From Clostridiales bacterium (lineage in GTDB: Bacteria; Bacillota; Clostridia; Saccharofermentanales; Saccharofermentanaceae), in assembly GCA_017513085.1 (NCBI GenBank), contig JAFWDK010000012.1, positions 1-64,000 of the forward strand: DNA of 64,000 bases, given 5' to 3'. Numbering within the stretch: the first letter of the stretch is position 1; each line of letters begins with the position of its first letter. This document shows positions 1 to 10,500 of the stretch, piece after piece. Made by a program: the position numbers and the translations under genes. The notes under the pieces were generated by a model. The model ran no database searches. It was not told where the DNA came from and saw nothing but the letters and a program-made list of their open reading frames with translations.

Positions 1-336
1 CTCCCGTCTTACCTGATGCAGATCGAGAGCATACCGGTAAACAAGAGCGGAAAACTTGATAAGAGAGCCTTGCCTGAGATAGAAGCAAGGACAGGAAATG
101 AGTATGTAGCACCGAGAAATGAGACAGAAGAAACAATCTGTGAATTGTTTGCACAAGTATTGGAAAGAGAAAACATTGGTGTTGATGACGATTTCTTTGA
201 ATTAGGAGGACATTCGATCAATGTGGTAAGACTTGAGATGCTCTTGACGCAGATGGGATATGAGGTCAACATACCGATGATCTTCGATAATCCTACTCCG
301 AGAAGCCTGGCCGAGAAGATCGATACAGGGAGGTAA
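1..336 (+). CDS. NRPS C-terminal fragment (end of A domain + terminal PCP), 5'-truncated by window edge
   Basis: Frame open from base 1; A10-like PVNKSGKLDKRALP, linker YVAPRNETE, PCP motif DDFFELGGHS. Confidence 0.93.
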   Translation, partial: LPSYLMQIESIPVNKSGKLDKRALPEIEARTGNEYVAPRNETEETICELFAQVLERENIGVDDDFFELGGHSINVVRLEMLLTQMGYEVNIPMIFDNPTPRSLAEKIDTGR

Positions 337-344
337 GTACAGTA

Positions 345-2141
345 ATGTTGAACGATACTTATGATGCAACTTTAATACTGAATGAAGCAATGAAGTATGC
401 ACGCAAGTTAAAAAAACAGAAAACAGAAGAATCTGTGGAGCCTGAGAAGACAAAGATAGCCATACTCGGTTCGTACAGTATACAGTTTTTCAGGATAATC
501 TTGCAGTATATGCTCCATAAAGAAGGAATAGTAACGGATGTCTATGAGGGAGACTACAACGGCATCGATATGGCGTTGCTCGATCCGGAGTCAGAGTTTT
601 ACAAGTTTCAAGCTGATGTGGTGATAATCCTGCCTTATCATGAGGATGTGAAAACTCTTCCAAACCCTTTTGAACAGACTGAATCTATAGACAAGAAGAT
701 CGATTCAGTGATCTCACACTATGCCGATTCATGGAAGAGGATAAATGACAGGATGAATTGCCATATCCTGCAGGCTAACTTTGTTATTCCGAATCTGACA
801 TCGCTCGGGATCCTGGAATCCAATTATGAGTTCTCGTATACGCATTTCCTTAAGAAGATCAACCTGTTGCTGGAGGAAAAACGCGCCTCTAACGTGACGA
901 TCATCGATATGGATCAGATGGCCTCACGTGTCGGAAAGAACAACTGGTTTGATCATTCTGCGTATTTTATGAACAAAGCCGGTTTCAGTATGGATCATAT
1001 GCCTTATGCAGTGAAGACCTTTGTCGATGCGATCAAAGCACTTAGAGGAAAGATACGCAAGTGTCTGGTACTGGATCTTGATAATACACTCTGGGGTGGC
1101 GTTGTAGCGGAATGTAATTATGATGGTATCCTCCTCGATCCGAATCAGGCTGAAGGTGAAGCATATCGTGCATTTCAGCAATATATCCTGAACCTCAGGA
1201 AACGCGGTGTTATCCTGGCGGTATGCAGCAAAAATGATGAGCCGGTAGCCAAAGAGCCTTTCGAAAAGAATGAGAACATGATACTGCATCTTTCGGACAT
1301 CTCCTGTTTTACAGCGAATTGGAATGACAAGGTCAGCAATATCAAACTGATCGCCCGTGAACTGAATATCGGCACGGACAGCATGGTCTTTGTTGATGAC
1401 AATCCGGCAGAAAGGGAGATAGTAAGACAATTCATGCCTGAGGTATTGGTCGTAGATCTTCCTGAAGATGTCGCGTATTATCGTACGGCACTGGAAGAGG
1501 CCGGCGCTTTTGACTGGATCCAGATAACAAAGGATGATATTTCACGTACGGAGTATTACGTGGAAGGAAAGAAAAGGGAAGATTTCCTGATGAGCTTTTC
1601 TGATTATGACGATTATCTGCAAGCACTGGAAATGGAAGGGAATGTATATGATCTGGATGAGAGCAACATTCCGAGATTCGTTCAGTTGATAAACAAATCA
1701 AATCAGTTCAATCTAAGGACAAGACGTTATAACGAAGCCGAGATTCGAAGCATGATCTCGGATGATCAGTATGCACTTCTTTTTGTAAAAATCAAGGACA
1801 GGTTTTCTGATTACGGATTGATATCTTGTGTTATCCTAAAAAAAGTGGGAATGGATTGTTTTATCGATACGTGGTTGATGAGTTGCCGTGTCTTGAAGAG
1901 AAAAATAGAGAATATGGTCTGCGAACGGATCAGAGCAGTAGCGAATGAATGGCAGTGTACTTCCATAATAGGTGAATATATTCCTACGGCAAAGAATGGT
2001 ATGGTAAGTAAACTGTATGAAGAACTTGGGTTTGAGTCAGTTGATACGCATATATGCAAGACTTCCGAAGAGAGCCGCATATATGTTTTGAAGACAGATT
2101 CGGATAATAAATTAAATTACTATATAAAACATGTAGATTGA
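345..2141 (+). CDS. fkbH: FkbH-like HAD-IIIC glyceryl transferase/phosphatase (N-terminal extension, C-terminal GNAT-like part)
   Basis: LVLDLDNTLWGG, CSKND, FVDDNPAER, QLINKSNQFNL, WLMSCRVL motifs. Confidence 0.92.
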   Translation: MLNDTYDATLILNEAMKYARKLKKQKTEESVEPEKTKIAILGSYSIQFFRIILQYMLHKEGIVTDVYEGDYNGIDMALLDPESEFYKFQADVVIILPYHEDVKTLPNPFEQTESIDKKIDSVISHYADSWKRINDRMNCHILQANFVIPNLTSLGILESNYEFSYTHFLKKINLLLEEKRASNVTIIDMDQMASRVGKNNWFDHSAYFMNKAGFSMDHMPYAVKTFVDAIKALRGKIRKCLVLDLDNTLWGGVVAECNYDGILLDPNQAEGEAYRAFQQYILNLRKRGVILAVCSKNDEPVAKEPFEKNENMILHLSDISCFTANWNDKVSNIKLIARELNIGTDSMVFVDDNPAEREIVRQFMPEVLVVDLPEDVAYYRTALEEAGAFDWIQITKDDISRTEYYVEGKKREDFLMSFSDYDDYLQALEMEGNVYDLDESNIPRFVQLINKSNQFNLRTRRYNEAEIRSMISDDQYALLFVKIKDRFSDYGLISCVILKKVGMDCFIDTWLMSCRVLKRKIENMVCERIRAVANEWQCTSIIGEYIPTAKNGMVSKLYEELGFESVDTHICKTSEESRIYVLKTDSDNKLNYYIKHVD

Positions 2142-2156
2142 GAGGAGGAGAAAGTT

Positions 2157-2390
2157 ATGAGTATTCTTGAAGAGTTACAGGATATTTTCAGAGACATTTT
2201 TGATGATGAGGAGTTGGTGATCTCCGAGGAAACCTCGGCAGCTGATATTGATGATTGGGATTCTCTCGTTAATATACAACTCATGGTTACGATTTGCAAA
2301 CATTTTGATGTGCGAATGACAACTCAGGAAATATCAGGATTTGAGAATGTAGGTGATATCGTCGATTGTATCAAGGGAAAGATTGGATAA
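2157..2390 (+). CDS. Acyl carrier protein
   Basis: 77 aa acidic protein with DDWDSL phosphopantetheine site; GGAGG RBS; directly after FkbH. Confidence 0.92.
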   Translation: MSILEELQDIFRDIFDDEELVISEETSAADIDDWDSLVNIQLMVTICKHFDVRMTTQEISGFENVGDIVDCIKGKIG

Positions 2391-2401
2391 GGTATAGAAA
2401 A

Positions 2402-2788
2402 ATGAAACTACATCATATCGGAATAGCTACAACGAACATAGAGGATACAATCGAGAGGCTGAAGAATAATACTGATATAGAAAGCGTAAGTCAGACCGTG
2501 TATGATCCTGAGCAGAACGCAAACCTGTGTATGGTTAAGATCAAATATGGAACGGACATCGAACTGATCCAGGGCGAAGTAGTAAGCAAAATGATTAAAA
2601 AAGGACAGTATCTTTACCATCTTTGTTGGGAAACTGAGGATATCGAAGCTCAGATTCAGCAACTGATCGATGCCGGAGGAATGGTCGTAACCCCTCTGAA
2701 AAAATCAGTGCTGTTTGACGGGCGACGTGTAGCATTTGTTATGACCAACCTGGGATTAACCGAATTGGTCGAGTCCTACTTGCAATAA
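2402..2788 (+). CDS. VOC/glyoxalase family protein (methylmalonyl-CoA epimerase-like)
   Basis: MKLHHIGIA, IELI, YHLCWE, TELVE metal-ligand pattern; start moved to ATG 2402. Confidence 0.85.
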   Translation: MKLHHIGIATTNIEDTIERLKNNTDIESVSQTVYDPEQNANLCMVKIKYGTDIELIQGEVVSKMIKKGQYLYHLCWETEDIEAQIQQLIDAGGMVVTPLKKSVLFDGRRVAFVMTNLGLTELVESYLQ

Positions 2789-2811
2789 TATATTAATACG
2801 GAGAAAGTGTT

Positions 2812-3543
2812 ATGAAAAAAGCAACGATCTATTATTTCCTATATGCAGGAGCTTCTACGGCTACAGTTAGGTCATGGAGTAAAAAATTCAGTGACGGTGT
2901 GGAACTTAAGGTCATCGATTATCCGGGGCATGGAAAGAGAAGTAAGGAGAAGTTCCTTGATTCTTCAGAAGAATTATGCAATGACATTTATAACATACTT
3001 AAACAGGAACAGAAGGAGGGGGAAGGTGATTATTATTTGGCGGGACATTGCTTGGGTGCACTGATAAGCTTCAGACTCTGCCAGATGATTGAAAAAGATA
3101 AACAGATCAAACTGCCCCGACGCATATTTGTTTCCGGTCACGGCGCACCCGATAAGGTCGTAATTGAAGGCCTGTACAAAATGAATGATGAAGAGCTTTT
3201 GGCTAATCAGAAAAACGTCGGATTGATACCGCCGGAACTGTTCGAAGATGATTATATCGATTATGTCAAGATGATGCTTCTTCCGGTGATTCGCCATGAC
3301 TCGATGGCATATGAGAGTTTTACCTCGGAGCCCTGTCCTATATCTGTTCCCGTCACTGCTATTAATGGGCTTAAAGACTGGAAGAGCCCCCAAGATGAAG
3401 TGTTGCGTTGGAAACAGTTTACTACTGACGAAGTAAAGTTTGTAAATTATGATGAAGAGCATTTCTTTGTTACTTCCATGACGGATACTTACTTGGCTGA
3501 GATCAACGAGACTGTTGTTAAAGAATCAGGACTGAACATATAA
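2812..3543 (+). CDS. Type II thioesterase-like alpha/beta hydrolase with Cys nucleophile
   Basis: YAGAS, YPGHGKR, GHCLG in place of GHSxG, EEHFF catalytic His region. Confidence 0.88.
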   Translation: MKKATIYYFLYAGASTATVRSWSKKFSDGVELKVIDYPGHGKRSKEKFLDSSEELCNDIYNILKQEQKEGEGDYYLAGHCLGALISFRLCQMIEKDKQIKLPRRIFVSGHGAPDKVVIEGLYKMNDEELLANQKNVGLIPPELFEDDYIDYVKMMLLPVIRHDSMAYESFTSEPCPISVPVTAINGLKDWKSPQDEVLRWKQFTTDEVKFVNYDEEHFFVTSMTDTYLAEINETVVKESGLNI

Positions 3544-3573
3544 CACGTAGTAAAGAGAATTAGGAGAGTAAAA

Positions 3574-5409
3574 ATGTGCATACTATATGGAAATGATAGA
3601 GATACAAAGACGATTACACTTATTGATTTGATCGAAAATGCGGCAAAACGTTTCCCTCAAAATGAAGCTTTGCGATTCGGAAATGAAAGACTGAATTATG
3701 AGGAAATGGTTGCGAGAACTACAGATCTGGCAGCTTATCTCCAAGATCTCGGAGTGAAGAGGGAGACTCTTGTGGGAATCTATATGGACAGATCTGAAAA
3801 AATGATCGTGTCGATCCTGGCTGTTATCAAGGCTGGAGGAGCATATGTTCCGCTCGATCCGATGCATCCTGCCAAACGCAATATGAGTATCATTGAACAG
3901 GTAGGCATTAATGTTGTTTTGACGGAGACTAAATACAAAGATGTTTTCGCGCAGGTCGACAATGCGATCTGTGTTGACGGTATTTGGAACGATCTTGGGA
4001 AGCGTGGTCTTTGCTGTGAAAAATTACTTGAAGGCGGAAGTCAACTCTCATATGTTATCTTTACATCAGGCTCGACGGGTAATCCTAAGGGCGTGCAGAT
4101 AGAACACGAAGGAATGGTTAATTATCTTCTGAGTTTGAGTGAAAGACTCGGATTGGACAGCACGACACGTGGGGTATCCGTTGTTACGATCACGTTCGAT
4201 CTTTCAGTCTCGGAGATATATCCTCCTTTGATCAACGGAGGTTTGCTGATTGTTGCTGATCAGCAAACAACCAAAGACGGAACGAAACTTTTAGAATTGT
4301 TCAAAAATGAAAATGTGAATTTCTGCGCGTTCACGCCTTCTACGGCGTATATGCTGCTCGAGACGGATAGTGTCGATCTTACAGGCATGAAGATGTTGAT
4401 CGGAGGCGAGCCGTGGGGCATAAAACTTGCACATAAATTGTTGGATAGTGGATGCGAACAGTTATGGAATGCATACGGACCGACCGAGACAACCGTCTTT
4501 TCTACAATGACAAGATTGACCAAGGCTAATTCGACGGTTTTCATCGGTCTGCCGATCGAGCAGACAAGTATTTATGTCCTTGATGATCAGATGAATCCTG
4601 TTGAAATAGGACAAGAGGGAAATCTCTATATTGGTGGTATCGGCCTTGCAAGGGGATATTATAACAATCCGGAACTGACATCAGAGAAATTCATAGAAGA
4701 CCCGATCGATCCGTCAAAAGGCAGGATATATTCAACTGGAGATATCGTTAAGTATAATGGCCCGGATCAGATCATTTATGTTGGAAGAAGCGATTTCCAG
4801 GTAAAAGTACACGGATACAGAATCGAACTTGGAGAGATAGAGGTTGCCTTGGAGAAGTTAAGTGAAGTGGAGCAGGCTGTTGTGGTCGTTTCCGGGCAGG
4901 ATGAGACTGCGTGTATATGCGCATTCCTTAAGACCGAGGGAGGAAAACAGCTTCCTGTTGACGATGTAAGGCGTCACTGTGAGAATCTGCTTCCCTATTA
5001 TATGATTCCGAGTATTTATTCCTTTGTTGAGGATTATCCTAAGACAGGCACTTTCAAGGTCGACAGAAAGAAATTGATGGCTATGGTCAAAACCAATCCT
5101 CAAAGCAAAACTGAATATGTCGGCCCGAGAAATGAGATAGAAGAAGAAATCCAGAGCATTTGGAAAGAATTGCTTGATATGGATCAGATCAGTGTGGTTG
5201 ATGATTTCTTTGAGATCGGAGGTCATTCGCTTCTGGCCAATAGAATGGTCAATAGATTAAACAAAGCATTCGGCTCGACGATTTCCATAGCCGAGATCTT
5301 CACCAAGAAAATCACGATTGAGGAAATGGCAGTTCTTGTTGAGGAAAACATCCTTTCCGGACTCTCAGAAGAGGAATTGGCAGCATTGTTGGGAGAAGAA
5401 CAAGAATGA
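3574..5409 (+). CDS. Stand-alone NRPS adenylation-PCP didomain
   Basis: GGAYVPLDP, YVIFTSGSTGNPKG, NAYGPTE, YSTGD, QVKVHGYRIELGEIE, DDFFEIGGHSL. Confidence 0.95.
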   Translation: MCILYGNDRDTKTITLIDLIENAAKRFPQNEALRFGNERLNYEEMVARTTDLAAYLQDLGVKRETLVGIYMDRSEKMIVSILAVIKAGGAYVPLDPMHPAKRNMSIIEQVGINVVLTETKYKDVFAQVDNAICVDGIWNDLGKRGLCCEKLLEGGSQLSYVIFTSGSTGNPKGVQIEHEGMVNYLLSLSERLGLDSTTRGVSVVTITFDLSVSEIYPPLINGGLLIVADQQTTKDGTKLLELFKNENVNFCAFTPSTAYMLLETDSVDLTGMKMLIGGEPWGIKLAHKLLDSGCEQLWNAYGPTETTVFSTMTRLTKANSTVFIGLPIEQTSIYVLDDQMNPVEIGQEGNLYIGGIGLARGYYNNPELTSEKFIEDPIDPSKGRIYSTGDIVKYNGPDQIIYVGRSDFQVKVHGYRIELGEIEVALEKLSEVEQAVVVVSGQDETACICAFLKTEGGKQLPVDDVRRHCENLLPYYMIPSIYSFVEDYPKTGTFKVDRKKLMAMVKTNPQSKTEYVGPRNEIEEEIQSIWKELLDMDQISVVDDFFEIGGHSLLANRMVNRLNKAFGSTISIAEIFTKKITIEEMAVLVEENILSGLSEEELAALLGEEQE

Positions 5410-6731
5410 AAAATGTGATCCTGACGACAAACCTGACCGGCGGCGATGTATTGCCGTTTATTCGCTTCGGCAGACTTCTTAGCGAAGAAGGATATAAAGT
5501 CTCAATCGTTACGCACTGCATTTATGAAAAGACGGCGTTGCAGAACGGATTGGATTTTTATGCAGCGGATGATTTGGAAGAATACGAAGCGATGAGTCGA
5601 GATCTATGTTTGCTCTCTGATCCGATAAATCATAAGGATGATTATGTAAGGTTCAATGAGAAGTATCATGGAAAAGAGCAGCTTTTGCGCGAAATAAACA
5701 TTCTGGACAGCTTATGTGATGATGAGAGTGTAATCATCACAAGGTATCGAACAGGCATTTCCGGTATGTTAGTAGCTGAGAAAAGGTCACTTCCGTATGC
5801 GCCTTTGATCCTTGCACCAAATTATTTCTCGCACATGGAACTTCATAATCAGATCATGGGAAAGGAAATGGCGGAAGAGATCAATAAGGTTAGACAGTCG
5901 TTGGATCTGGAACCGATCACTGACTGGAAGGACTGGCTGTATTCTCCCAGACTTTTCTTGTGTGGTTGGCCGGAATGGTTCGCTCAACCGGATGAGACAT
6001 GGCCAGATAATACCCTGAGTATCGGTTTTTTGGAGAGAAAAGAGGACGATGTTTTCGGCCCTGAATATGATGAAGTGTTTGGTTTTATTGACTCTGCTCA
6101 TCAAGAAGGGAAGAAGGTCGTCATAATCACTGGAGGAAGCAGCAGAATCTACAGTAAGGAACTATACACAACGTCTATTCAGGCATGCTTGTTGGCCAAT
6201 GTAAATGCGATCGTAGTTACTCCGTTTAAGGATTATGTGCCTGATGATCTTCCAGATTCGATGATGTGGGCAAAGAATATCCGACTTGCAAAGATAATGA
6301 ACCGAGCAGATCTTATCATTCATCATGGAGGCATGGGCACGATAAATGAGTCTGTTGATGCCGCGATCCCTCAAATAATTATGCCGCATCTTATTGACGG
6401 ACCTGATAATGCAGACCGTCTCGCGAGGTTGGGATTAGCTCAGAAGTTTTCGCCCAAGCAGTGGGATCCAATACTGATTGCGAATGCTATATCCAATACG
6501 TACTCGGATCAAATACACGAGACATGTTTGAAATATCAGAAAATCAATGCAGAGGTATATGGCAGGAAGATCTGGAGAGATGCTATTTCAAAAATCCCCC
6601 CATATTCTTTACCAAAGCAAAAATCATCAGTTTCCGACAGCCCTGCATCAAATGACGCACTAAAGCCTAAACTGACAAAGCAGCAGCTCATGGAGATAAT
6701 CAGGAAGCGAAAAGAAAAAGGTGGACAATAA
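5406..6731 (+). CDS. GT-B fold family 1 glycosyltransferase
   Basis: N-terminal GGDVLPF, C-terminal HHGGMGT...PQIIMPH..DGPDNA nucleotide-sugar motif; ATGA overlap with upstream A-PCP gene. Confidence 0.88.
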   Translation: MKNVILTTNLTGGDVLPFIRFGRLLSEEGYKVSIVTHCIYEKTALQNGLDFYAADDLEEYEAMSRDLCLLSDPINHKDDYVRFNEKYHGKEQLLREINILDSLCDDESVIITRYRTGISGMLVAEKRSLPYAPLILAPNYFSHMELHNQIMGKEMAEEINKVRQSLDLEPITDWKDWLYSPRLFLCGWPEWFAQPDETWPDNTLSIGFLERKEDDVFGPEYDEVFGFIDSAHQEGKKVVIITGGSSRIYSKELYTTSIQACLLANVNAIVVTPFKDYVPDDLPDSMMWAKNIRLAKIMNRADLIIHHGGMGTINESVDAAIPQIIMPHLIDGPDNADRLARLGLAQKFSPKQWDPILIANAISNTYSDQIHETCLKYQKINAEVYGRKIWRDAISKIPPYSLPKQKSSVSDSPASNDALKPKLTKQQLMEIIRKRKEKGGQ

Positions 6732-6781
6732 GTTCGTGGTGGACTTTAAAATGTGTTCTGGATTCCGCCAGCCTGTCCATG

Positions 6782-6802
6782 CCACTAAAATTGTTTTAGT
6801 GG
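6782..6802. terminator. Perfect 9-bp hairpin downstream of the biosynthetic cluster
   Basis: CCACTAAAA-TTG-TTTTAGTGG. Confidence 0.4.
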
Positions 6803-6888
6803 AGACGTAGTTTGCGTTGTCAAATAAAGGATGAAAACTCTAATACAATTATATTGCAATATCTTTTTGAAAAATGGAGGTATAAACT

Positions 6889-7122
6889 ATGGATCTGAAA
6901 CTTTACAAATTTGACAGCTGCCCCTATTGCCAGAAAGTGTTCCACGAAATCGAAGCACAAGGAAGAACAGACATTGAATATAGAGACATTCGCGAAAACA
7001 AAGAGTATTACCAGGAACTGCTTCGAGTAGGCGGAATCGATCAGGTCCCCTGCCTATTTATCGATGGCAAACCACTCTATGAAAGCGACGATATCGTACA
7101 GTGGCTGAGAGAGCATAGGTAA
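6889..7122 (+). CDS. Glutaredoxin-like protein
   Basis: CPYC, QVPCLFIDG, YESDDI; GGAGG RBS. Confidence 0.93.
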   Translation: MDLKLYKFDSCPYCQKVFHEIEAQGRTDIEYRDIRENKEYYQELLRVGGIDQVPCLFIDGKPLYESDDIVQWLREHR

Positions 7123-7134
7123 AGAAGAGATACA

Positions 7135-7217
7135 GTTCTAGCGTATAGATTAATTCATTCAAGAAGGCGGTTCCAAGATACAAGGGAACTGCCTTCTTTG
7201 GTTTTGACATATTATCG
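7135..7217 (+). repeat. 83-bp direct repeat copy 1 (contains intrinsic terminator); copy 2 at 11518-11600
   Basis: 4 mismatches versus 11518-11600; hairpin AAGAAGGCGGTTCC...GGAACTGCCTTCTT followed by T-rich tract. Confidence 0.92.
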
Positions 7218-7219
7218 AT

Positions 7220-7396
7220 GTCAGACTTTAAAAAACTCAAAAAACTAGTTGGAGAAATTAGAGTCTGGAGGCAGGTATGGACAGGAGCACCTATGAGATC
7301 CGGTTAGCACAGTAGATGAAGATCATGGAAGAGTGTTCGAGGCGCCCTAGTGAAATGACAGTAACAGCATCTACAAATCTCTATATCTCTGATTTG
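7220..7396 (+). mobile_element. IS66-family tnpA relic between two 21-bp direct repeats
   Basis: GGAGG RBS then ATG 7277: MDRSTYEIRLAQ*MKIMEECSRRPSEMTV resembles the IS66 TnpA N-terminus with Trp->TAG; flanked by TGGTTTTGACATATTATCGAT at 7199-7219 and 7397-7417. Confidence 0.65.
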
Positions 7397-7443
7397 TGGT
7401 TTTGACATATTATCGATCTGTAAACTTTCATGGTAAAACCTGA

Positions 7444-7501
7444 AAAATCGCTGCTATTCTAAGAACAGCAGTTTAAGAGAGCCTTGAGCAGGCTCTCTTA
7501 A
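7444..7501 (+). promoter_or_regulatory. Conserved two-hairpin leader/promoter element, copy A
   Basis: CTGCTATTC-TAA-GAACAGCAG followed by perfect 12-bp stem TTAAGAGAGCCT/AGGCTCTCTTAA; related copies at ~11636, 14530, 17905, 19961. Confidence 0.75.
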
Positions 7502-7533
7502 TATCAATTGTATTGGAGGAGGGTGATACTGTG

Positions 7534-10500
7534 ATGAAAAAGAAGATTTGGGGGGCAGGATGCATTATTGCTGCTTTAATTGCAGCTCCTATGTATGGAG
7601 CAAGTAAAGGGGTTGCGGTAAGAGCTGATGAATATGAACCTCAAGCTGGAGACGTGGCTATCAATGAAGAAAACTTCCCAGATGAATATTTCAGAGAGTG
7701 GATTAGTGAAAATCTTGATGCTACTCCAGATGGGGTTTTAACGAAGAGTGAAATAAGTCTTGTAACGAGAATCGACTGTAAAGACAGTCATATTGCTGAT
7801 CTTACCGGCGTGAAGTTTTTTACAAATCTTGAATCCTTAGATTGCCGTAACAATGTAATTGAAGAATTGGATTTGAGTGGAATGCCATATCTTGAAAACT
7901 TTTTGGCAGGCTACAATGTTCTCAGTAAAATCGATGCATCAAATTGCAAGAAATTGACTTTCTGGGGCATAAACTATGGTTATGGCAACAAGATGAGCGT
8001 TGAGGATACTATGTGGAATTGTACCGATAAAACAGGTATTTATGCATATAGTTATTATTATGGAAATCCATTAAAGTCAGTAGATTTTTCTGGGTGTATC
8101 AGTCTTGAGGTATTTGTGAATACAAACGATACACTTACTGAAGCTGATTTTTCTGGTTGCACCGCGCTCAAAAAGATTAATCTGACTAATAAGCAAATCG
8201 AATCGATAAACATAACTGGTTGCAGTAATTTGGAAGAAGTGCATTTGGCTGAAAATGAAATGCAAACTCTTGATTTGACTGGTTGCCAGAAGCTGAGAAT
8301 TCTTGAACTCTATTCTAATAAATTTGTGACTATAGATTTGACCCCATGTCCTAATCTGGAAGAACTTAACATAAATGCTAATCAGTTAAAGAATATAGAT
8401 GTTTCCTCAAACAAATTATTGAGACAATTAGTTTGTAAAGAAAACCAGTTAGTTTCGCTTGACGTAAGTAATCATGCGATGCTTGATGATTTTTCGTGCA
8501 GATTCAACAACATAAAGACACTCAACTTGAGTGGTTGCAAAAAGTTGACAGATCTATCGTATATTCACGAAGATAATCCGTTAGAGAGCCTGGACCTGTC
8601 AGATTGTATCAGTTTGAATGAATTCTCGATTAATGATACACCGCTTATTTCTGTTGACCTGAGTAGGTGTTCTGGACTAGTTAGGGTGGATCTGTCGAAT
8701 AATCAGCTTGAGGAGATTAGCCTGGACGGGTGTGATCATCTTCAGGAACTGAATGTATATAACAATAATCTTGAAGATTTGGATATTTCCACTTGTAAAC
8801 GACTGGAGACTCTTGATTGCAGACTCAACTATCTGACTAAAAAACCTTCTGCGAGCAATCTTACTGTTAAGTTTGATCCGCAGAAAATATTAGAGGCTCC
8901 TTCAGGATTCAAAGTTGAAACTGTCAGTGAAGAGAGCGTTACACTTGCTTGGGATGACGCAGGAGAAGACATACATTATGAGTTGTTCAGATCTGATTCC
9001 AAAGATGACGGGTACATAAGTATTTACAGTGCTGATCGTTGTACTTCATATACGGATGAGGATTTGAACCCTAATACAACATATTACTATAAGCTAAGAC
9101 TGTGGATATCTGTTGATAGAATAGTAATCGAAAGTCCTTTTTCTGATACTTTGGAAGCAAAGACAAAAGCACTTCCGACGCCTACTCCTACAGAGACACC
9201 GTCGCCAACACCAAATCCGGTAACTCCTACACCGACACCGGTAGTGAAAAAAACTGGTATTAAAATCGATGAAGAGCATTTCCCTGATAAGGCGTTCCGT
9301 AAATATGTTTCTGAGTCTATCGATAAAGATTCAAATGGATTGTTAAGTCAGGATGAAATAACTATTACTGATTTCATGGATGTCAGTGAACAGGGAATAC
9401 AATCAATCAAAGGAATTGAGTATTTTGCTGATTTAAAATGGCTTGGTTGCGAACATAATAGTATATCTACTATTGATGTAAGTAAAAATGCGAAACTAAC
9501 GAGTCTTTGGTGTGGAGATAATAAGATTACAGGACTTGTGATTAATCCGAATCTTATGTATCTTGAGTGCAATGATAATCTGTTAACGAGTTTAGATGTT
9601 AGTAAGAATAAAGAATTGGATGTGCTTGTAGCACATCACAATAAGCTAGCTTCGCTTGATATTTCAAACTGCAAAGTTAAAGGCGTTGTTGACGATGATT
9701 ATCTGGAGTTTGTAGAGAAAGAAGATTTCTATGCATACATTGATCCGGAAAAAAATGAGTATTATCTTTCTTTTGATAAGACTACAAAGATTATCGGTGC
9801 GAATGTTCCTGTCCCATCTACCGGATCTATCGCAGACTTCGTAGAGCGTCTTTATACGGTTGCGCTCGGTCGTCCTTCTGAGAAAGAGGGTAAAGAGTAT
9901 TGGGTAAAGGAAATCACAAATGGTAACAAGACCGGTGCTGATTGCGGTCTGTTCTTCCTAACAAGTGAAGAGTTCAACAACCGTGGCCTCAGTATTGAGA
10001 ACTTTGTAGAGACGCTTTACCAGACATTCTTCGGACGTGCTTCCGAACCGAATGGAAAAGCCTACTGGGTTGGTGAACTGAAGAGTGGAAGAAAGAGCAG
10101 GGCAGATGTCATCTGGGGCTTCATTGATTCGAAAGAATGGTGCAATATCTGTGCGGATTACGGAGTTAAGTCCGGCGCGCCGACAGCAAAAGCAGAGCAC
10201 GCATCGCAGAACGCGATCGATTTTGCAACACGTCTTTACACTTGCTGCCTCGGCAGAGCATCGGAAGAAGGTGGACTGAAGTACTGGTCTTTGGCACTTA
10301 CCAACCTTGAGCAGACAGGTTGCTCGGCAGCGAAGTTATTCTTTACCAGTGAGGAGTTTGTCAAATTCAAACTCAAAGACGATGAGTATGTAAGAAGACT
10401 GTACACGACGTTCATGGGCAGAGAGCCGGCTAAGGATGAGATAGCATACTGGATAGGCGAGATCAAGAAAGGAAGCCAGACCAGGTATAGCATTATGCAG

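Noticed and set aside
6721-6810. 29-codon GTG ORF after the glycosyltransferase
   Set aside because: Very short, overlaps hairpins, no recognisable features
7402-7426. TTGACA...TAAACT as a sigma-A promoter
   Set aside because: Spacer is only 13 nt
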